Below, piece by piece: positions 29,031 to 39,336 of a stretch of 64,000 bases of DNA. The translations under genes were made by a program, and so were the position numbers. Position 1 is the first letter of the stretch. Each line of letters begins with the position of its first letter. The notes under the pieces were generated by a model that had not been told where the DNA came from, did not search any database, and saw only the letters and a list, made by a program, of their open reading frames with translations. Origin of the DNA: a bacterium (GTDB lineage Bacteria; UBA10199; 2-02-FULL-44-16; JAAZCA01); the NCBI GenBank assembly GCA_963674695.2, contig CAXXGI010000003.1:160001-224000 (forward strand), in the 5' to 3' direction.

Positions 29031-30292
29031 AGCGTTCACCGAAGACCACACCGATCGATGCCATTTGCGCCCTGAGTCAGGCGATCACCCGGGCAGCCAC
29101 GCCCGATCAGGTCTACGACCTCATCCTCGACGAGGTGGTGCGTCAGCTCGGCGTGGAAAAGGCGTCGATCATGACCTACGATGCGGCCATCGGCGGATTG
29201 CGCATTGCGGCCGCGAGAGGCATGGAGCCGGAGATCGTCCAGCGTGCAGTCGTGCGCGTGGGCGAGGGGATCTCGGGAAAGGTTTTTGCCAGTCACGAGC
29301 CGATGCTCATCACCGATATCACTGCCGAGGGGCTGGAGTCGAAGCGCGGGCGCTACCAGACGCGATCGCTCATCTCCGCACCGGTGACCTGCTTTCCGCT
29401 GAAGATGGGCGAGGAGTCGCTGGGCGTCATCAACGTGACCGATCGCAGCGATGGCAATGCCTTTACACATGACGATCTGCAGCTGCTCACCACGCTCGCC
29501 AATCAGGCGGCGGCGTTTCTGCACATCAGCCGTTTGAGCCAGGAGCGCGAGGCGAACGAACGTCTGCACCAGCAGCTCGAGATCGCTCGTCAGATTCAAT
29601 ATCGCCTGCTTCCCCTGGATGCGCCGGTCATCGATGGGCTCGATGTCGCCGGGCGGCTCATCACCGCCGAGCGCGTTGGTGGCGACTACTACGACATTTT
29701 TTCTGCGAACAAGAAGCGCCCGTCGTTTGTCGTGGCCGATGTCTCTGGTCACTCCATCGGAGCGGCGTTGACCATGGCGGCGTTTCGCAGTGCGATTCGC
29801 GCGCAGATGGACGCCGAGTATGCACCCGAGATGCTCGCCCAGCGGATCAACGGCATCCTCTACGAAGATCTCTATCAAGCCGAGCAGTTCATCTCGATGG
29901 TCTATCTGCAGTATGTCCATTCGCGGCAGCTCATTCAGTATACGACGGCGGGGCATCCCGCGCCCATCGTTTGGCGTGGGGCGGACGGACGTTTCGACGA
30001 GACGATGACCGACGATCCGCTCCTGGGCATTGAGCCGCGCGCCGTCTTTCATCAGCATCAGATGATGCTCTCGAAGGGGGATGTGATCTTTCTCTACACC
30101 GATGGCGTCATCGAATCGGCCAATGTCGATGGCGAGCGGTTTGGGCGAGAGCGGTTGCAGGCCTGCATCAAAGATGCTGTGGTGGGCTCGGCCCGTCAGA
30201 TTACCGATGTGGTCGTGGAGACGGTGCAGGCCTTCATCGATCCCAAAACGCCCAAGGATGATATCACCGCATTGACGATTAAAGTTGTATAG
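29027..30292 (+). CDS. GAF + PP2C/SpoIIE phosphatase (RsbU-like)
   Basis: GAF (GEGISGKV...LGVINV); VGGDYYD, VADVSGH, YTDGV and DDIT motifs. Confidence 0.92.
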   Translation: MKRSPKTTPIDAICALSQAITRAATPDQVYDLILDEVVRQLGVEKASIMTYDAAIGGLRIAAARGMEPEIVQRAVVRVGEGISGKVFASHEPMLITDITAEGLESKRGRYQTRSLISAPVTCFPLKMGEESLGVINVTDRSDGNAFTHDDLQLLTTLANQAAAFLHISRLSQEREANERLHQQLEIARQIQYRLLPLDAPVIDGLDVAGRLITAERVGGDYYDIFSANKKRPSFVVADVSGHSIGAALTMAAFRSAIRAQMDAEYAPEMLAQRINGILYEDLYQAEQFISMVYLQYVHSRQLIQYTTAGHPAPIVWRGADGRFDETMTDDPLLGIEPRAVFHQHQMMLSKGDVIFLYTDGVIESANVDGERFGRERLQACIKDAVVGSARQITDVVVETVQAFIDPKTPKDDITALTIKVV

Positions 30293-30336
30293 CTGTCGAA
30301 CCATCGAACCGACGAACCATCGAACCAAGGAGTGTT

Positions 30337-31560
30337 ATGAATTACCAGCAGGTGCTCACCTATTTGGATTCCCTTCAGCCCAAGACGTTTCGCTTGGAGC
30401 TGGGTCCGCTCTCCGAGGCGTGCCACATTCTCAGGCGTCCCCAGGATGCCTTCCAGACGGTGCACATCAGCGGCACCAATGGAAAGGGATCGACGGCTGC
30501 TTTTTTGGAGCGCATTCTGCGCAGCAGCGGCTATCGCGTCGGTCTGCTCACCTCCCCGCATCTCATCGATGTGCGCGAACGCATTCGCATCAATGGTGAG
30601 ATGCTCGATCGCGATCGGTTTGTGGAGGTTATCACGCAGCTGCGCGATGAGTTGCCCGACGAACGGATGCTCTCCTACTTTGAAATCATCACGCTGGCCT
30701 CGTTCATCGTCTTTCGCGATCAGGGGGTCGATGTGGCGGTTATCGAAACGGGATTGGGCGGTCGGCTCGATGCGACCAACGTCGTCTCCCCCAAGGTGGC
30801 GGTGATCACGCCGATTTCAGAGGATCATACCCATCATCTGGGGCGCACGCTGACCGAGATTGCGCGCGAGAAGAGTGGGATCATCAAACGCGGTGTGCCC
30901 ACCGTGGTGGCCTATCAGCCTCCGGACGTGATGGAGGTGATTCGTCGCACCTGCAACGATGTCGGTTCTCCCTTGTGCCTGGCGACGCCGGATGAAATCG
31001 CCTCTCCCCTGGGGCTTGCCGGGGAACATCAGCGACAGAATGCAGCGTGTGCGGTGGAGGCGGCGCACCTGTTGGGACAGTCCGGCATGCACATCGAGGG
31101 CATCGAAGCAGCGCTGGCGGCGACGCAATGGCCCGGGCGCCTGGAAACGGTGCAGCTCAAGCCGCACGTCATCCTCGATGCGGCGCACAATGTCGCCGGC
31201 GCCGAATCGTTGGCGACCTACGTGCGCAAAGAGTTTCAGCGCGAAAAGGCGGTGCTGCTCTTGGGGGTGCTCGCCGACAAGGATGTCGCTGGCATCATTC
31301 GGCCGCTCGCTCCTCTCTTTCGCGAGGTGGTCTGTGTTGAGGCGCCTTCAAATCGCACGGCGAGTCCAAAGGATCTGGCGGCCGCCGCTCGTTCCTCCGG
31401 CACGAAGATCACCATCGCCAAGGATGTTCTCACCGCCCTTGCCGAAACCATCGCGACGCTCGCTGAAGACGATGCCTTGGTCGTCTCCGGTTCGCTCACC
31501 GTCGTCGGCGCGGCGAAGGAATACTTTGATGGGGTAAAGGAGACGGGGCCACATGATTGA
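30337..31560 (+). CDS. folC: Folylpolyglutamate synthase / dihydrofolate synthase
   Basis: SGTNGKGST, TSPHL, ETGLGGRLDATN, WPGRLE and LDAAHN motifs. Confidence 0.95.
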   Translation: MNYQQVLTYLDSLQPKTFRLELGPLSEACHILRRPQDAFQTVHISGTNGKGSTAAFLERILRSSGYRVGLLTSPHLIDVRERIRINGEMLDRDRFVEVITQLRDELPDERMLSYFEIITLASFIVFRDQGVDVAVIETGLGGRLDATNVVSPKVAVITPISEDHTHHLGRTLTEIAREKSGIIKRGVPTVVAYQPPDVMEVIRRTCNDVGSPLCLATPDEIASPLGLAGEHQRQNAACAVEAAHLLGQSGMHIEGIEAALAATQWPGRLETVQLKPHVILDAAHNVAGAESLATYVRKEFQREKAVLLLGVLADKDVAGIIRPLAPLFREVVCVEAPSNRTASPKDLAAAARSSGTKITIAKDVLTALAETIATLAEDDALVVSGSLTVVGAAKEYFDGVKETGPHD

Positions 31561-31945
31561 CATCAGGCAGCTCGATTTCGAGAACTTGGAGAATGCCGTC
31601 GCGACGCTCGACGACGCGTTGACGAAGGGTTCGCTCAACGAACTCGAACGAGACGGAGCCATCCAGCGCTTCGAATATACGTTTGAGCTGACGTGGAAGA
31701 TGCTGCGAAAGGTCTTGCTTGCGCTCGGACGCAGCGATGTCAGTGCGAGTCCGAAACCGATCCTGCGCGATGCCGCTCAGGAGGGATTGATCGACGATGT
31801 CGCCCAGTGGTTTGTCTTTCTGGATGCACGGAATTTGAGTACGCATATCTATTGCGCGGATGAAGCGAAGAAGGTGCTTGAGGTGTCGAAGGTGTTTTTG
31901 CCGAAAGCGAAGGCATTGCTGGAGCGATTCAAAAATCTCAAATGA
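31553..31945 (+). CDS. HEPN-fold nucleotidyltransferase substrate-binding protein (HI0074 family; putative RNase toxin)
   Basis: RDGAIQRFEYTFELTWK, SPK..LR.A and the R-x4-H motif RNLSTH. Confidence 0.88.
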   Translation: MIDIRQLDFENLENAVATLDDALTKGSLNELERDGAIQRFEYTFELTWKMLRKVLLALGRSDVSASPKPILRDAAQEGLIDDVAQWFVFLDARNLSTHIYCADEAKKVLEVSKVFLPKAKALLERFKNLK

Positions 31946-32244
31946 CCATTATGGTTCTCACCCCGAATGAAAAAACGATCGTTCTGACGATCCTGCAACA
32001 ACATCTTCCGCAGGGCGTGCACGCCTTTCTCTTCGGTTCCCGCGTCGATGGGTCAGCGAAGAAGACCTCCGATCTTGACATCCTCGTGAAGGGGGGCTCG
32101 GAGATTGATCTGCGCACGATGGCGCTTTTGCGCGATGCGTTCGAGGAGAGCGATCTGCCCTTCAATGTTGATCTGCTCGACTTTCATGCCCTCACCGAGA
32201 AGATGTATGCCAACATCAAAGATGGCTTGGTGAGGGTGGTCTGA
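31942..32244 (+). CDS. Minimal nucleotidyltransferase (MNT/HI0073 family; putative antitoxin)
   Basis: FGSRVDGSAKKTSDLD (GS-x10-DxD) and LPFNVDL; ATGA overlap with the HEPN gene. Confidence 0.88.
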   Translation: MTIMVLTPNEKTIVLTILQQHLPQGVHAFLFGSRVDGSAKKTSDLDILVKGGSEIDLRTMALLRDAFEESDLPFNVDLLDFHALTEKMYANIKDGLVRVV

Positions 32245-33806
32245 TGAACCTTGCCCACGTTGAAATCAACGAACAGTTTGCGCGTGCCCTTGAGCTGATG
32301 GGAGCGGGCGCGGGGCATGTCTTCGTGACGGGGCGGGCGGGAACCGGGAAATCGACGCTCCTCGAATATTTCCGTGAACAGTCCAAGAAAAAAATTGTCG
32401 TCCTCGCGCCCACGGGCGTGGCGGCGGTGAATATCGGCGGACAGACGGTCCACTCCTTCTTTCGGTTTAAGCCGGACATCACCATCGAGAAGGCCGAACG
32501 CGCGGCACGCAAGGTGGCGGGGAAAAAGGGCGGTGAGATCTACAAGAAACTCGACGCCATCGTCATCGACGAGATCTCGATGGTGCGCGCCGATCTCTTC
32601 GACTGCATCGATCGTTTTTTGCGGATCGCGCGAGAGAAACAGAAAATCCCCTTCGGCGGGGCGCGCCTCATCATGATCGGCGACCTCTACCAGCTCCCGC
32701 CGGTGGTGACTTCGGCCGAGCGTCATATCTTCTCCGAACACTATCCGAGCCCGTATTTTTTCGATGCGCATATCTTTTCCGAGATGGCGTTTGAACTGGT
32801 GGAACTGACGAAGGTCTATCGCCAGCGCGATGAACGCTTCATCGGGCTCCTCAATGCTATCCGCAATCGGACGGTGACAGAGGACGACCTCGACGCCCTC
32901 AATGCGCGCTACCAGCCCGACTTTATCCCGGGCGACGACTATTACATCCACCTCACCCCGTTCAACGCTTCTGCGGCCGATGTGAATCGTGAGCGTTTGG
33001 GTCAGCTCAAAGGGCGCGCGCGCATCTACCAGGCCGAGTCGATGGGGGACTTCAAGCGCGATTCCTATCCCGCCGAAGAGCGCCTCTCGCTCAAGAAGGG
33101 CGCGCAGGTGATGCTCGTCAACAATGACTCGCTCGGTCGGTGGGTGAACGGGACGATCGCCGAGGTGACGGCGATGGAGAGCGATGCTGTCGAGGTGCGG
33201 CTTCCCTCGGGCGAGCGCGAGTGGGTCGAGCCCAGTACGTGGGAACTCTTTCATTTCGAGATGGCGCCGAACGGCCGTTCGATCGTGTCCAATCCGGTGG
33301 GGGCGTTCACCCAGATTCCGCTCAAGCTCGCGTGGGCGGTGACCATCCACAAGGCGCAGGGAAAGACCTTCGATCGCGTCGTGGTCGATCTCGGGCGCGG
33401 GACCTTTGCGCCCGGCCAGCTCTACGTCGCGCTGAGTCGTTGTACCTCGCTCGAAGGCCTGGTGCTCAAGACGAAGCTCAAAAAGACGCACGCGATGGTC
33501 GACTACCGCGTGATGAAGTTCCTCACGCAGTATCACTATGATCGCTCCGAGGAGGCCTCGCCTCTCGAGGAGAAGCGGCGTCTCATCGAGGCGGCGATCG
33601 AGGCGGGGGACAAGCTCGCCATCACCTATCTCAAGGCGAGCGATGAGAAGAGCCATCGCGTGATCGAACCGAGCGAGGTGGGCGAGATGGAGTTCAAGGG
33701 CTTTCCCTTCATCGGGATGACGGGATACTGTCTCAAGCGGCGCGACAAACGCGTCTTTCGGGTGGATCGGATATTAAAAATGGAAGTGCTCAGGAGCGGG
33801 AAATAG
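32244..33806 (+). CDS. Pif1-family SF1B helicase with C-terminal WYL domain
   Basis: GRAGTGKS, APTGVAA, DEISM, GDLYQLPPV, HKAQG and YVALSR; C-terminal ITY...RVIEP...GYCLKR...RVFRVDRI WYL signature. Confidence 0.88.
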   Translation: MNLAHVEINEQFARALELMGAGAGHVFVTGRAGTGKSTLLEYFREQSKKKIVVLAPTGVAAVNIGGQTVHSFFRFKPDITIEKAERAARKVAGKKGGEIYKKLDAIVIDEISMVRADLFDCIDRFLRIAREKQKIPFGGARLIMIGDLYQLPPVVTSAERHIFSEHYPSPYFFDAHIFSEMAFELVELTKVYRQRDERFIGLLNAIRNRTVTEDDLDALNARYQPDFIPGDDYYIHLTPFNASAADVNRERLGQLKGRARIYQAESMGDFKRDSYPAEERLSLKKGAQVMLVNNDSLGRWVNGTIAEVTAMESDAVEVRLPSGEREWVEPSTWELFHFEMAPNGRSIVSNPVGAFTQIPLKLAWAVTIHKAQGKTFDRVVVDLGRGTFAPGQLYVALSRCTSLEGLVLKTKLKKTHAMVDYRVMKFLTQYHYDRSEEASPLEEKRRLIEAAIEAGDKLAITYLKASDEKSHRVIEPSEVGEMEFKGFPFIGMTGYCLKRRDKRVFRVDRILKMEVLRSGK

Positions 33807-33869
33807 ATGAAGGCCTTCCGGTGGAACGTGAAACCATTTTTTCGATGATGATGAAGGAAGAGCGATGAT

Positions 33870-36581
33870 ATGACCAAAAAACGCAAAACACTCTATCTCG
33901 TCGACGGCGCGAACTATGTCTTTCGCGCCTATTACGCCATGCCGCATCTGTCGAATGCGAAGGGGCAGCCCACCGGTGCGCTCTACGGGTTTGCGCAGAT
34001 GCTCCTCAAACTCGTGCGCGAGGAGAAGCCCGATTATCTCGCCGTCTGCTTCGACCTGCCCGGGCCCACCTTTCGCGACGAGATCTTTGAGGACTACAAG
34101 GCCAATCGCAAGGAGCCGCCCGAGGATCTGGCGCAGCAGTTTCCCTTCGTGCGTCCGCTCGTCGAGGCGATGGGGATCGTCGCTCTCGACAAGGTTGGGT
34201 TCGAGGCCGACGACCTCATCGGAACGCTCGCCAAGAAACATGAGGATGAGTGCGATGTTGTCATCGTCTCGGGGGATAAGGACCTGATGCAGCTCGTCGG
34301 GGAACATGTCACGATCCTGGACGAGATGAAGGGGCTGCGCGCCGGCATCCCGGAGGTGCGCGATCGGTTCGGCGTGAATCCCGAACAGGTGATCGACGTC
34401 CTGGGCCTGGCCGGAGATGCGTCCGATAATATCCCGGGGGTCAATGGCATCGGGATCAAGACGGCGATCAAGCTCATTCAGGAGTATGGATCGCTCGAAT
34501 CGGTCATCGAAAACGCGGGCAAGATCAAGGGGGTGATGGGGCGCAAGGTGGCGGCGCAGGCCGAGCAGGCGCGGCTCTCTTTTCGTTTAGCGACGATCGA
34601 TTCGAACGTCTCTTTTAACCTCCACTTGAAGGATCTTGAATGTCGCAATGTCGAAGCGGCCGGCGTGAAGGAACTCTTCAAAGAGTTTGAATTCTCGAAG
34701 CTTTTGGGTGACGTGGCGCCACAGAAGGCGATCTCCTATGATAACTATCGCCTCGTGACGGATGAAAAGGGTTTAAGGGGTGCATGTAAGGTCTTGAAAG
34801 ATAAGAAGATATTGTCGCTCGACCTCGAGACGACCTCGCTCAATACGATGCAGGCCGAGATCGTCGGGATATCGCTCTGCTGGGCGCCGGGCGAGTCGGC
34901 CTATGTCCCGGTGGGGCATCGATCTGCCCTGAAGACGGGCCAGACCGGCGACCTCTTCGGCTCGGCGGAGCAGCTCATTCCGGAACAGCTCCCAGCCGAT
35001 CTCGTCTGGAATCACCTTCGCCCGATCCTGGCCGATCCCGCGATCGCCAAGATCGGGCAGAATTTGAACTATGATCTGACGATCCTCAAGCGCTTGGGGA
35101 TCGACGTAGAGGGGGTGGCCTTCGACACGATGCTGGCCTCCTATGTCCTCGATCCGGGTCAGGATCACTCGCTCGATGCCCAGGCTCAGCGTCATCTCGA
35201 ACATCGAACGATTCGCTACGATGAGGTGACGGGCAAGGGGCGCGATAAGCGAAACTTCTCCGAGGTGACGCTGGAAGAGGCCTTTCACTATGCCGCCGAG
35301 GACGCCGATGTGGCGCTGCGCCTCAAGGAGCTACTCCTGCCCCGCATCGAGGCGGAGGGGATGCACGACCTCTATTATGATATGGAGATGCGCCTCCTGC
35401 CGGTGCTCATCGACATGCAATTGGTGGGCGTGAAGGTGCATGCGAAGCGGCTGGCCGAGCTCGAGAAGGATTTTTCCAAGCGTTTGGCCGGGCTCGAGGG
35501 CGAGATCTTTGCGGCAGCTGGCGCCGAGTTCAACATCAACTCGCCCAAGCAGTTGGGTGCGATCCTCTTCGAAAAGCTGGGGCTCACCGGAGGGAAGCGG
35601 ACCAAGACCGGTTTTTCGACGAATCAGTCGGTGCTGGAAGATCTCGCAGACGTCCATCCGGTGCCGCGCATGGTGCTCGACTATCGCTCGCTTTCAAAGC
35701 TCAAGGGGACCTATATCGATGCCCTGCCACAACTCATCGATCCGGCCACCGGGCGCGTGCATACTTCCTTTAACCAGGCGCGCGCGGCGACCGGGCGGCT
35801 CTCCTCATCCGACCCGAATCTCCAGAATATCCCGGTGCGGGGTGAGGAGGGCAGAAAAATCCGCGAGGCCTTCGTGGCCGAGGAGGGGTTTTGCCTCATC
35901 TCGGCGGATTACTCGCAGATCGAGCTGCGCGTGCTCGCCCAGATTGCGCGCGATCCCGCACTCGTCGATGCCTTCGCGCACGGCCGCGATGTGCATGCGA
36001 TCACGGCGGCCGGCATCTTCGGTGTCGATGTGGGAGAGGTCAGCCGCGAGCAGCGCGCGGTGGGCAAGACGGTCAACTTCGCGACGATCTACGGTCAGAC
36101 GGCCTTCGGCTTGGCCAAGCAGCTCGGCATCGATCCCGGAGAGGCCGCGCACTATATCGAGAGCTACTTCAAACGCTATCCGGCGGTGGCGAGTTTGCGC
36201 GATCAGATCCTCGAAGACACGCGTCGCGATGGGTTTGTGACCACCCTCATGGGGCGGCGGCGCTTCTTCCCGGATATCGAGAGTTCGAACGGGGGCATTC
36301 GCCAGATCGCCGAACGCATGGCCTTCAATACGGTCTTCCAAGGGACGGCCGCCGACATCATCAAGATCGCCATGATCGACATTCACGCCAAGCTGCCGAA
36401 GGTTTCACCCGAATCCCGCATGATCCTGCAGGTGCACGATGAACTCCTCTTCGAGGCGCCGGATGCGGAGGCCGAAAAGGTCGCGGCCTTCGCCAAAGAA
36501 CGCATGGAAGGCGCCCTCGACCTCGACGTCCCCCTCGTTGTCGACGTCGGCATTGCCAAGAACTGGGCCGAAGCGCACTGA
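33870..36581 (+). CDS. polA: DNA polymerase I
   Basis: 5'-exonuclease (YKANR, FEADD, GDKD), 3'-exonuclease (DLET) and polymerase (TGRLSSSDPNLQNIP, DYSQIELR, QVHDEL) motifs. Confidence 0.98.
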   Translation: MTKKRKTLYLVDGANYVFRAYYAMPHLSNAKGQPTGALYGFAQMLLKLVREEKPDYLAVCFDLPGPTFRDEIFEDYKANRKEPPEDLAQQFPFVRPLVEAMGIVALDKVGFEADDLIGTLAKKHEDECDVVIVSGDKDLMQLVGEHVTILDEMKGLRAGIPEVRDRFGVNPEQVIDVLGLAGDASDNIPGVNGIGIKTAIKLIQEYGSLESVIENAGKIKGVMGRKVAAQAEQARLSFRLATIDSNVSFNLHLKDLECRNVEAAGVKELFKEFEFSKLLGDVAPQKAISYDNYRLVTDEKGLRGACKVLKDKKILSLDLETTSLNTMQAEIVGISLCWAPGESAYVPVGHRSALKTGQTGDLFGSAEQLIPEQLPADLVWNHLRPILADPAIAKIGQNLNYDLTILKRLGIDVEGVAFDTMLASYVLDPGQDHSLDAQAQRHLEHRTIRYDEVTGKGRDKRNFSEVTLEEAFHYAAEDADVALRLKELLLPRIEAEGMHDLYYDMEMRLLPVLIDMQLVGVKVHAKRLAELEKDFSKRLAGLEGEIFAAAGAEFNINSPKQLGAILFEKLGLTGGKRTKTGFSTNQSVLEDLADVHPVPRMVLDYRSLSKLKGTYIDALPQLIDPATGRVHTSFNQARAATGRLSSSDPNLQNIPVRGEEGRKIREAFVAEEGFCLISADYSQIELRVLAQIARDPALVDAFAHGRDVHAITAAGIFGVDVGEVSREQRAVGKTVNFATIYGQTAFGLAKQLGIDPGEAAHYIESYFKRYPAVASLRDQILEDTRRDGFVTTLMGRRRFFPDIESSNGGIRQIAERMAFNTVFQGTAADIIKIAMIDIHAKLPKVSPESRMILQVHDELLFEAPDAEAEKVAAFAKERMEGALDLDVPLVVDVGIAKNWAEAH

Positions 36582-36647
36582 GGCTTCAGGCCAGTCAGGC
36601 CAGTCAAGCGAGACAGGCAGTGCACACCGCGAGACTGCCGACTGCCT

Positions 36648-36873
36648 GCCGCGACCGCTTTCCCTTCGTCGCAGAAGTGAGACAAAAGCCCGGCAGTGTG
36701 TTTTACGGGGATCGCCGTCTCGGCTCAAACGCCGCCTCGACGGCTTTGCTTCTTCCGTCGCAGCATTAGAGGCTTAGATCGCGACGAAAGAAGATATCCC
36801 CTACAAACACACTGCCGGGCTTTTGTCTTCAAGAGATCTTTATACTCCTCCGGGAAGGGGCAAGGCTCGCGGC
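36648..36873 (+). ncRNA. Structured repeat family X, copy 1 (candidate ncRNA or non-autonomous element)
   Basis: Homologous to 59706-59981; 24-bp perfect stem 36680-36703/36805-36828; compensatory change between copies. Strand uncertain. Confidence 0.55.
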
Positions 36874-36979
36874 GAGTAGGGAGGCGAGCGCTTTCAGCGA
36901 TGAAGGGACGGCGGTTGCAGCAGGCAGTCGTCCGGATTCCGGTTCGAAGAGGGCGGCGGGGTTGTCGGTGGATGTGCGA

Positions 36980-37375
36980 TCAATGCGGGGTGACGAGGAC
37001 GCTGATCGTTGCGGCGATGGCGGTGGCCAGCAGCCCAAGCCCTATTCCGAGCCCGACCGTTTTCCCGGTGGAAAATTCCTTGTGAGAGATCTCGCTGATC
37101 TGCGTGCGGTCATACCGAAGCCATTGCCCTCGTTCTGACGCATAGACCCACACCGAACTGTCATCGACGCGGAGATGATTGCCGCGGACGGTCGTCTTCG
37201 AGCCGTTTGAGAAGGCGACGACGTAGCGATCCTTTTCGATGGGCTGGATCGGTGCGGCGTTGATGCCGTGCAGGGAGAGGGGTTTTGTCGTCGTGCACGC
37301 GAAGAGGGTGGTAAAAAGGAGCAGGCACGCGAGTATTTGTACGAGAGGTTTCGCCTGACTCGCCTGACTCGCCAT
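36980..37375 (-). CDS. Small lipoprotein with C-terminal TM helix
   Basis: Lipobox LFAC; C-terminal hydrophobic segment. Start uncertain because the N-terminus is encoded by 9-mer repeats. Confidence 0.6.
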   Translation of the reverse strand: MASQASQAKPLVQILACLLLFTTLFACTTTKPLSLHGINAAPIQPIEKDRYVVAFSNGSKTTVRGNHLRVDDSSVWVYASERGQWLRYDRTQISEISHKEFSTGKTVGLGIGLGLLATAIAATISVLVTPH

Positions 37376-37378
37376 ATT

Positions 37379-38401
37379 CTATGCCTCGAAATGCATCGTC
37401 GTGTCGCCGATGCCGATTTCGTCGCCGTTGGCGAGCACATATTCCTCGACGCGCTGGCCGTTGACGTAGGAGCCGTTGGAGCTGTTGAGGTCGACGAAGA
37501 CGTATTCGTTCCCCTGTTTCTGCACCTGGGCGTGCTGGCGGCTGACCTTGGCGTCGTGCAGCGTGATCGTGCTCGATTCGGCGCGCCCGATGGAGAGCGT
37601 TCCCTTGAGCGGGTAGGCCGTGCCCGCGTTGGGACCGTTGACGATGACGAGCCGAGCGGCGTTCTCCTCGGCCTTCGGCATGCCGGGGCTGGGGATTTTG
37701 CGTTCGGTGGAACTCGTCTCGATCTCGGGGGAGGTCGTATCTCCCGCGCCCTTTGGCGCTGAAAAATAGTCCGGGCCCTCATCGTCGACGACAAAGCCGC
37801 CCGCATCGGTGACCGGTTCGCGCTCGTGCGGTGCGGGTTCGATGGCGCCCTCGTCGGTGAGGCCTGAGACCTCGGCTGCACCGGTGTCCGCTTCGGCGAC
37901 ATCGATCGGTACTTGGGTCTCCTGCGGCGCAAAGAGTTCGTCTTCGCCTTCGAAGATGGCTTCGTAGCGCGCGATGTTGCCTTCGACCGCGCCCAAAATC
38001 GTTTCGAATTTGGAGATCTTGTCCTGTTCCTCCTTGGCGGCCGACTGATATTCCTCTTCGGTGAATTCACCCAGCGAGTTGCGGAACTTGATCTCCTCGA
38101 GTTTGTGCTGGTGCTCTTCGAGTTGTCCCGAGAGCGTCTTGCGCGTCTCATAGAGCGCGGTCAGCTCTCCGTCGATCTCCTCTTTGCGCTCCAGGACCGA
38201 GGTGGTGGCCTCCGTCAGCCGCCCCTCATAATCGTCGCGAACGCGTTTATAGACGGCCTCGGTGACCTCTTCCTTCTGATCCTCGATCTTGGCCAGGCGA
38301 TCCTTGATGACGCGCCACTCCTCCTTGGCCTGCGTGGCGTTCTCGAGAAGTTCCTGATTGATCGGGTATTCCAGTTCCGGGCTCGTGGATGTCTCGGTCA
38401 T
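37379..38401 (-). CDS. Coiled-coil + FHA domain protein
   Basis: FHA motifs IGR, VSRQHA and DLNSSNGSYVNG; N-terminal coiled coil; RBS GGAGG before ATG 38401. Confidence 0.88.
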   Translation of the reverse strand: MTETSTSPELEYPINQELLENATQAKEEWRVIKDRLAKIEDQKEEVTEAVYKRVRDDYEGRLTEATTSVLERKEEIDGELTALYETRKTLSGQLEEHQHKLEEIKFRNSLGEFTEEEYQSAAKEEQDKISKFETILGAVEGNIARYEAIFEGEDELFAPQETQVPIDVAEADTGAAEVSGLTDEGAIEPAPHEREPVTDAGGFVVDDEGPDYFSAPKGAGDTTSPEIETSSTERKIPSPGMPKAEENAARLVIVNGPNAGTAYPLKGTLSIGRAESSTITLHDAKVSRQHAQVQKQGNEYVFVDLNSSNGSYVNGQRVEEYVLANGDEIGIGDTTMHFEA

Positions 38402-38474
38402 GATTATCCTCCAACATATTGAAAATTCTCGGGATCCTATAAAGGAGGCGGGCGGACCGGTCAATAGAAACTTC

Positions 38475-38521
38475 GGACCATAGACCATGGACCATTGACC
38501 ATAGACCATTGACCCGGACTC
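38475..38521. repeat. Degenerate heptamer tandem repeat (GACCATN)
   Basis: ggaccatagaccatggaccattgaccatagaccattgacc. Confidence 0.8.
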
Positions 38522-38556
38522 TCGATTCAGAGATAACGGACACCCGAGGGAGGCAT

Positions 38557-39207
38557 ATGGACATCGCAAAAACCATCGATCACACCTTGCTCAAGCCGGA
38601 GGCGACGCCGGAGGCGATCGACCAAATCTGTGCAGAGGCGGCCCAGCATGGGTTTGCTGCCGTCTGTGTCAATCCGGTCTATGTCGCACGCGCGGCGGGA
38701 GCGCTGGCGGGCACAGGGGTTGAAGTGGCCACCGTCGTCGGCTTTCCGCTCGGGGCCAACACCACGAGCATCAAGGCGCGCGAGGCCTGGGAGGCTCTCC
38801 AGCAGGGCGCGACCGAGATCGACATGGTCATAAACGTCGGCCTCTTCAAGGGGGGGCAGCGCAAGGCCGTGGGCGACGAGATCGCCGAGATCGTGCGCGT
38901 GGCGGAGAAATTTCCGGTGAAGGTGATCCTCGAGACGTCACTCCTTTCAGATGAAGAGATCGCCGAAGCATCGACGCTCGCGATGGATGCGGGCGCGGCG
39001 TTCGTGAAGACCTCCACCGGGTTCGGTTCGCGCGGAGCCAGTGTGAATGATGTGCGCATCATGAAGCAGACGGTTGGGGATCGTTGTCAGATCAAGGCCA
39101 GCGGCGGCATTCGCACGCGCGCGGATGCGCTCGCCATGATCGAAGCAGGGGCCTCCCGCATCGGCACGAGCGCAGGTGTGGTGATCGTTGGTGAGTCAAG
39201 CGAGTAA
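38557..39207 (+). CDS. deoC: Deoxyribose-phosphate aldolase
   Basis: IDHTLLKP, GFPLG, EIDMV, KVILE, FVKTSTGF, KASGGIR and RIGTS motifs. Confidence 0.97.
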   Translation: MDIAKTIDHTLLKPEATPEAIDQICAEAAQHGFAAVCVNPVYVARAAGALAGTGVEVATVVGFPLGANTTSIKAREAWEALQQGATEIDMVINVGLFKGGQRKAVGDEIAEIVRVAEKFPVKVILETSLLSDEEIAEASTLAMDAGAAFVKTSTGFGSRGASVNDVRIMKQTVGDRCQIKASGGIRTRADALAMIEAGASRIGTSAGVVIVGESSE

Positions 39208-39318
39208 GGCCAGTCAGGCCAGTCAAGCTAGTCAGGCCAGTCAAGCCAGTCAAGCCAGTCAAGCTAGTCAGGTTGACAGCATTGTTCAAAGTCGTTTGCC
39301 TGACTCGCCTGACTGGCG
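39194..39318. repeat. Inverted 9-mer array (AGTCA(A/G)GCC / GCCTGACTC)
   Basis: About 8 forward units and about 2-3 reverse units; same unit at 36586-36612 and 37351-37373. Confidence 0.85.
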
Positions 39319-39336
39319 TTTCTTCCTGGAGGATCC

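Noticed and set aside
39194-39318. Possible CRISPR array or SQA-repeat peptide (ORF 39188..39379)
   Set aside because: Contiguous 9-mers without unique spacers and no cas genes; the ORF is translated repeat.
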